Of a stretch of DNA of 32,000 nt, positions 31,499-32,000 are shown piece after piece; the first letter of the stretch is position 1, and each line of letters begins with the position of its first letter. The stretch covers positions 90,001 to 122,000 of the forward strand of contig JAPLKZ010000010.1 in assembly GCA_026387835.1 (NCBI GenBank). The letters are read 5' to 3'. A program made the translations under genes and the position numbers. Source of the stretch: Candidatus Saganbacteria bacterium. Lineage in GTDB: Bacteria > Margulisbacteria > WOR-1 > JAKLHX01. The notes under the pieces are model-generated. The model was not told the DNA's origin and made no database searches. It was given only the letters and a program-made list of their open reading frames with translations.

Positions 31499-32000
31499 TT
31501 ATTTCATTATATTCGGGGTTTCTGTCTGTATGACTTCGATCGGCGACTTATCCCCTCGCTGCAATAATGCTGTTGTGAGCCCTGTTGTTGTACTTCTCAC
31601 CATCGCCACATTTGGATTTGAATCCGGATTTGTCCCGTTCATAATAAGGTAAGGATACATCAGGTTCTGATAGAAAGCGGTCATCAGTGCCAGGTTACGG
31701 AAGTTTACGCCGTCCATTGTTGTCATGAAATTCGGCGCTCCGGCGAACGAGAATTTTGCCTGGTTCGGAAAGACACATGCCATCTTGAGCAGGTCTGACG
31801 TAAGCCCTGCATGCCCCTGCTCACTTGCCAGCAGGTCCTTTATTGATAAAGCCGTATCTTTGGGGTTAAAGCTTGTATCAAATACAAAAGCACCGTATGA
31901 AAGCGCTGATACAGCTCCGCCCAGAAGCCCGTCCGCCCCTGCATGCGCGAACGGCAGCATCTCCATGCCTGCTCCAAAAGCAAACATCCCGTTGCCGATC
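31499..32000 (-). CDS. Hypothetical soluble protein, C-terminal part (frame stays open past the right edge)
   Basis: The frame is open from 31999 down to the stop at 31499. The Gly/Ala-rich segment GNGMFAFGAGMEMLPFAHAGADGLLGG suggests an enzyme fold, but I cannot assign a family. Confidence 0.55.
   Translation of the reverse strand, partial: IGNGMFAFGAGMEMLPFAHAGADGLLGGAVSALSYGAFVFDTSFNPKDTALSIKDLLASEQGHAGLTSDLLKMACVFPNQAKFSFAGAPNFMTTMDGVNFRNLALMTAFYQNLMYPYLIMNGTNPDSNPNVAMVRSTTTGLTTALLQRGDKSPIEVIQTETPNIMK

Overview
The window is densely coding, with no gap over about 180 nt, and looks like an uncultivated, moderately AT-rich bacterium. I found no rRNA, CRISPR array, transposase, integrase or recognisable defence genes.

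Layout:
- **1-5222, regulatory block.** A partial outer-membrane barrel gene sits divergent from rpoN. rpoN is translationally coupled to an NtrC-family enhancer-binding response regulator. Next come two NtrC-type dyads and a -24/-12 promoter, which drive a 111-aa unknown protein coupled to a second NtrC-like regulator whose ATPase motifs are all degenerate.
- **5241-8203.** tRNA-Leu(UAA), ftsB, and a large Wzy_C (O-antigen-ligase-like) plus TPR membrane protein.
- **8184-20132, compact complete type IVa pilus locus.** pilD is divergent from pilB-pilC-pilT. These are followed by two GspG-like pilin paralogs, three minor pilins (the last a beta-helix PilX-like protein), fused pilM-pilN, pilO with a PilP-like tail, and pilQ.
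- **28882-20223, minus strand.** A gap-free array converges on pilQ: metG-tatD-(short GspF-like platform)-(pilin)-peptide/nickel ABC transporter (SBP, 2 permeases, 2 ATPases).
- **28975-32000.** An IT-superfamily permease coupled to a secreted 377-aa unknown, and a partial unknown gene.

Most interesting observations:
- The sigma-54 cascade ending in a pseudo-ATPase bEBP.
- A 7-bp tandem duplication that frameshifts the C-terminus of the only prepilin peptidase.
- An orphan platform+pilin pair wired into a housekeeping/ABC-importer unit.
- A 95-bp palindromic array of the 11-mer TAATGACTAAT filling the pilQ/ABC convergent gap.
- Consensus -10 boxes recurring only 7-10 nt upstream of start codons that lack a Shine-Dalgarno, which suggests leaderless mRNAs.

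Nothing here is demonstrably a new system. These are hypotheses from reading the sequence only.
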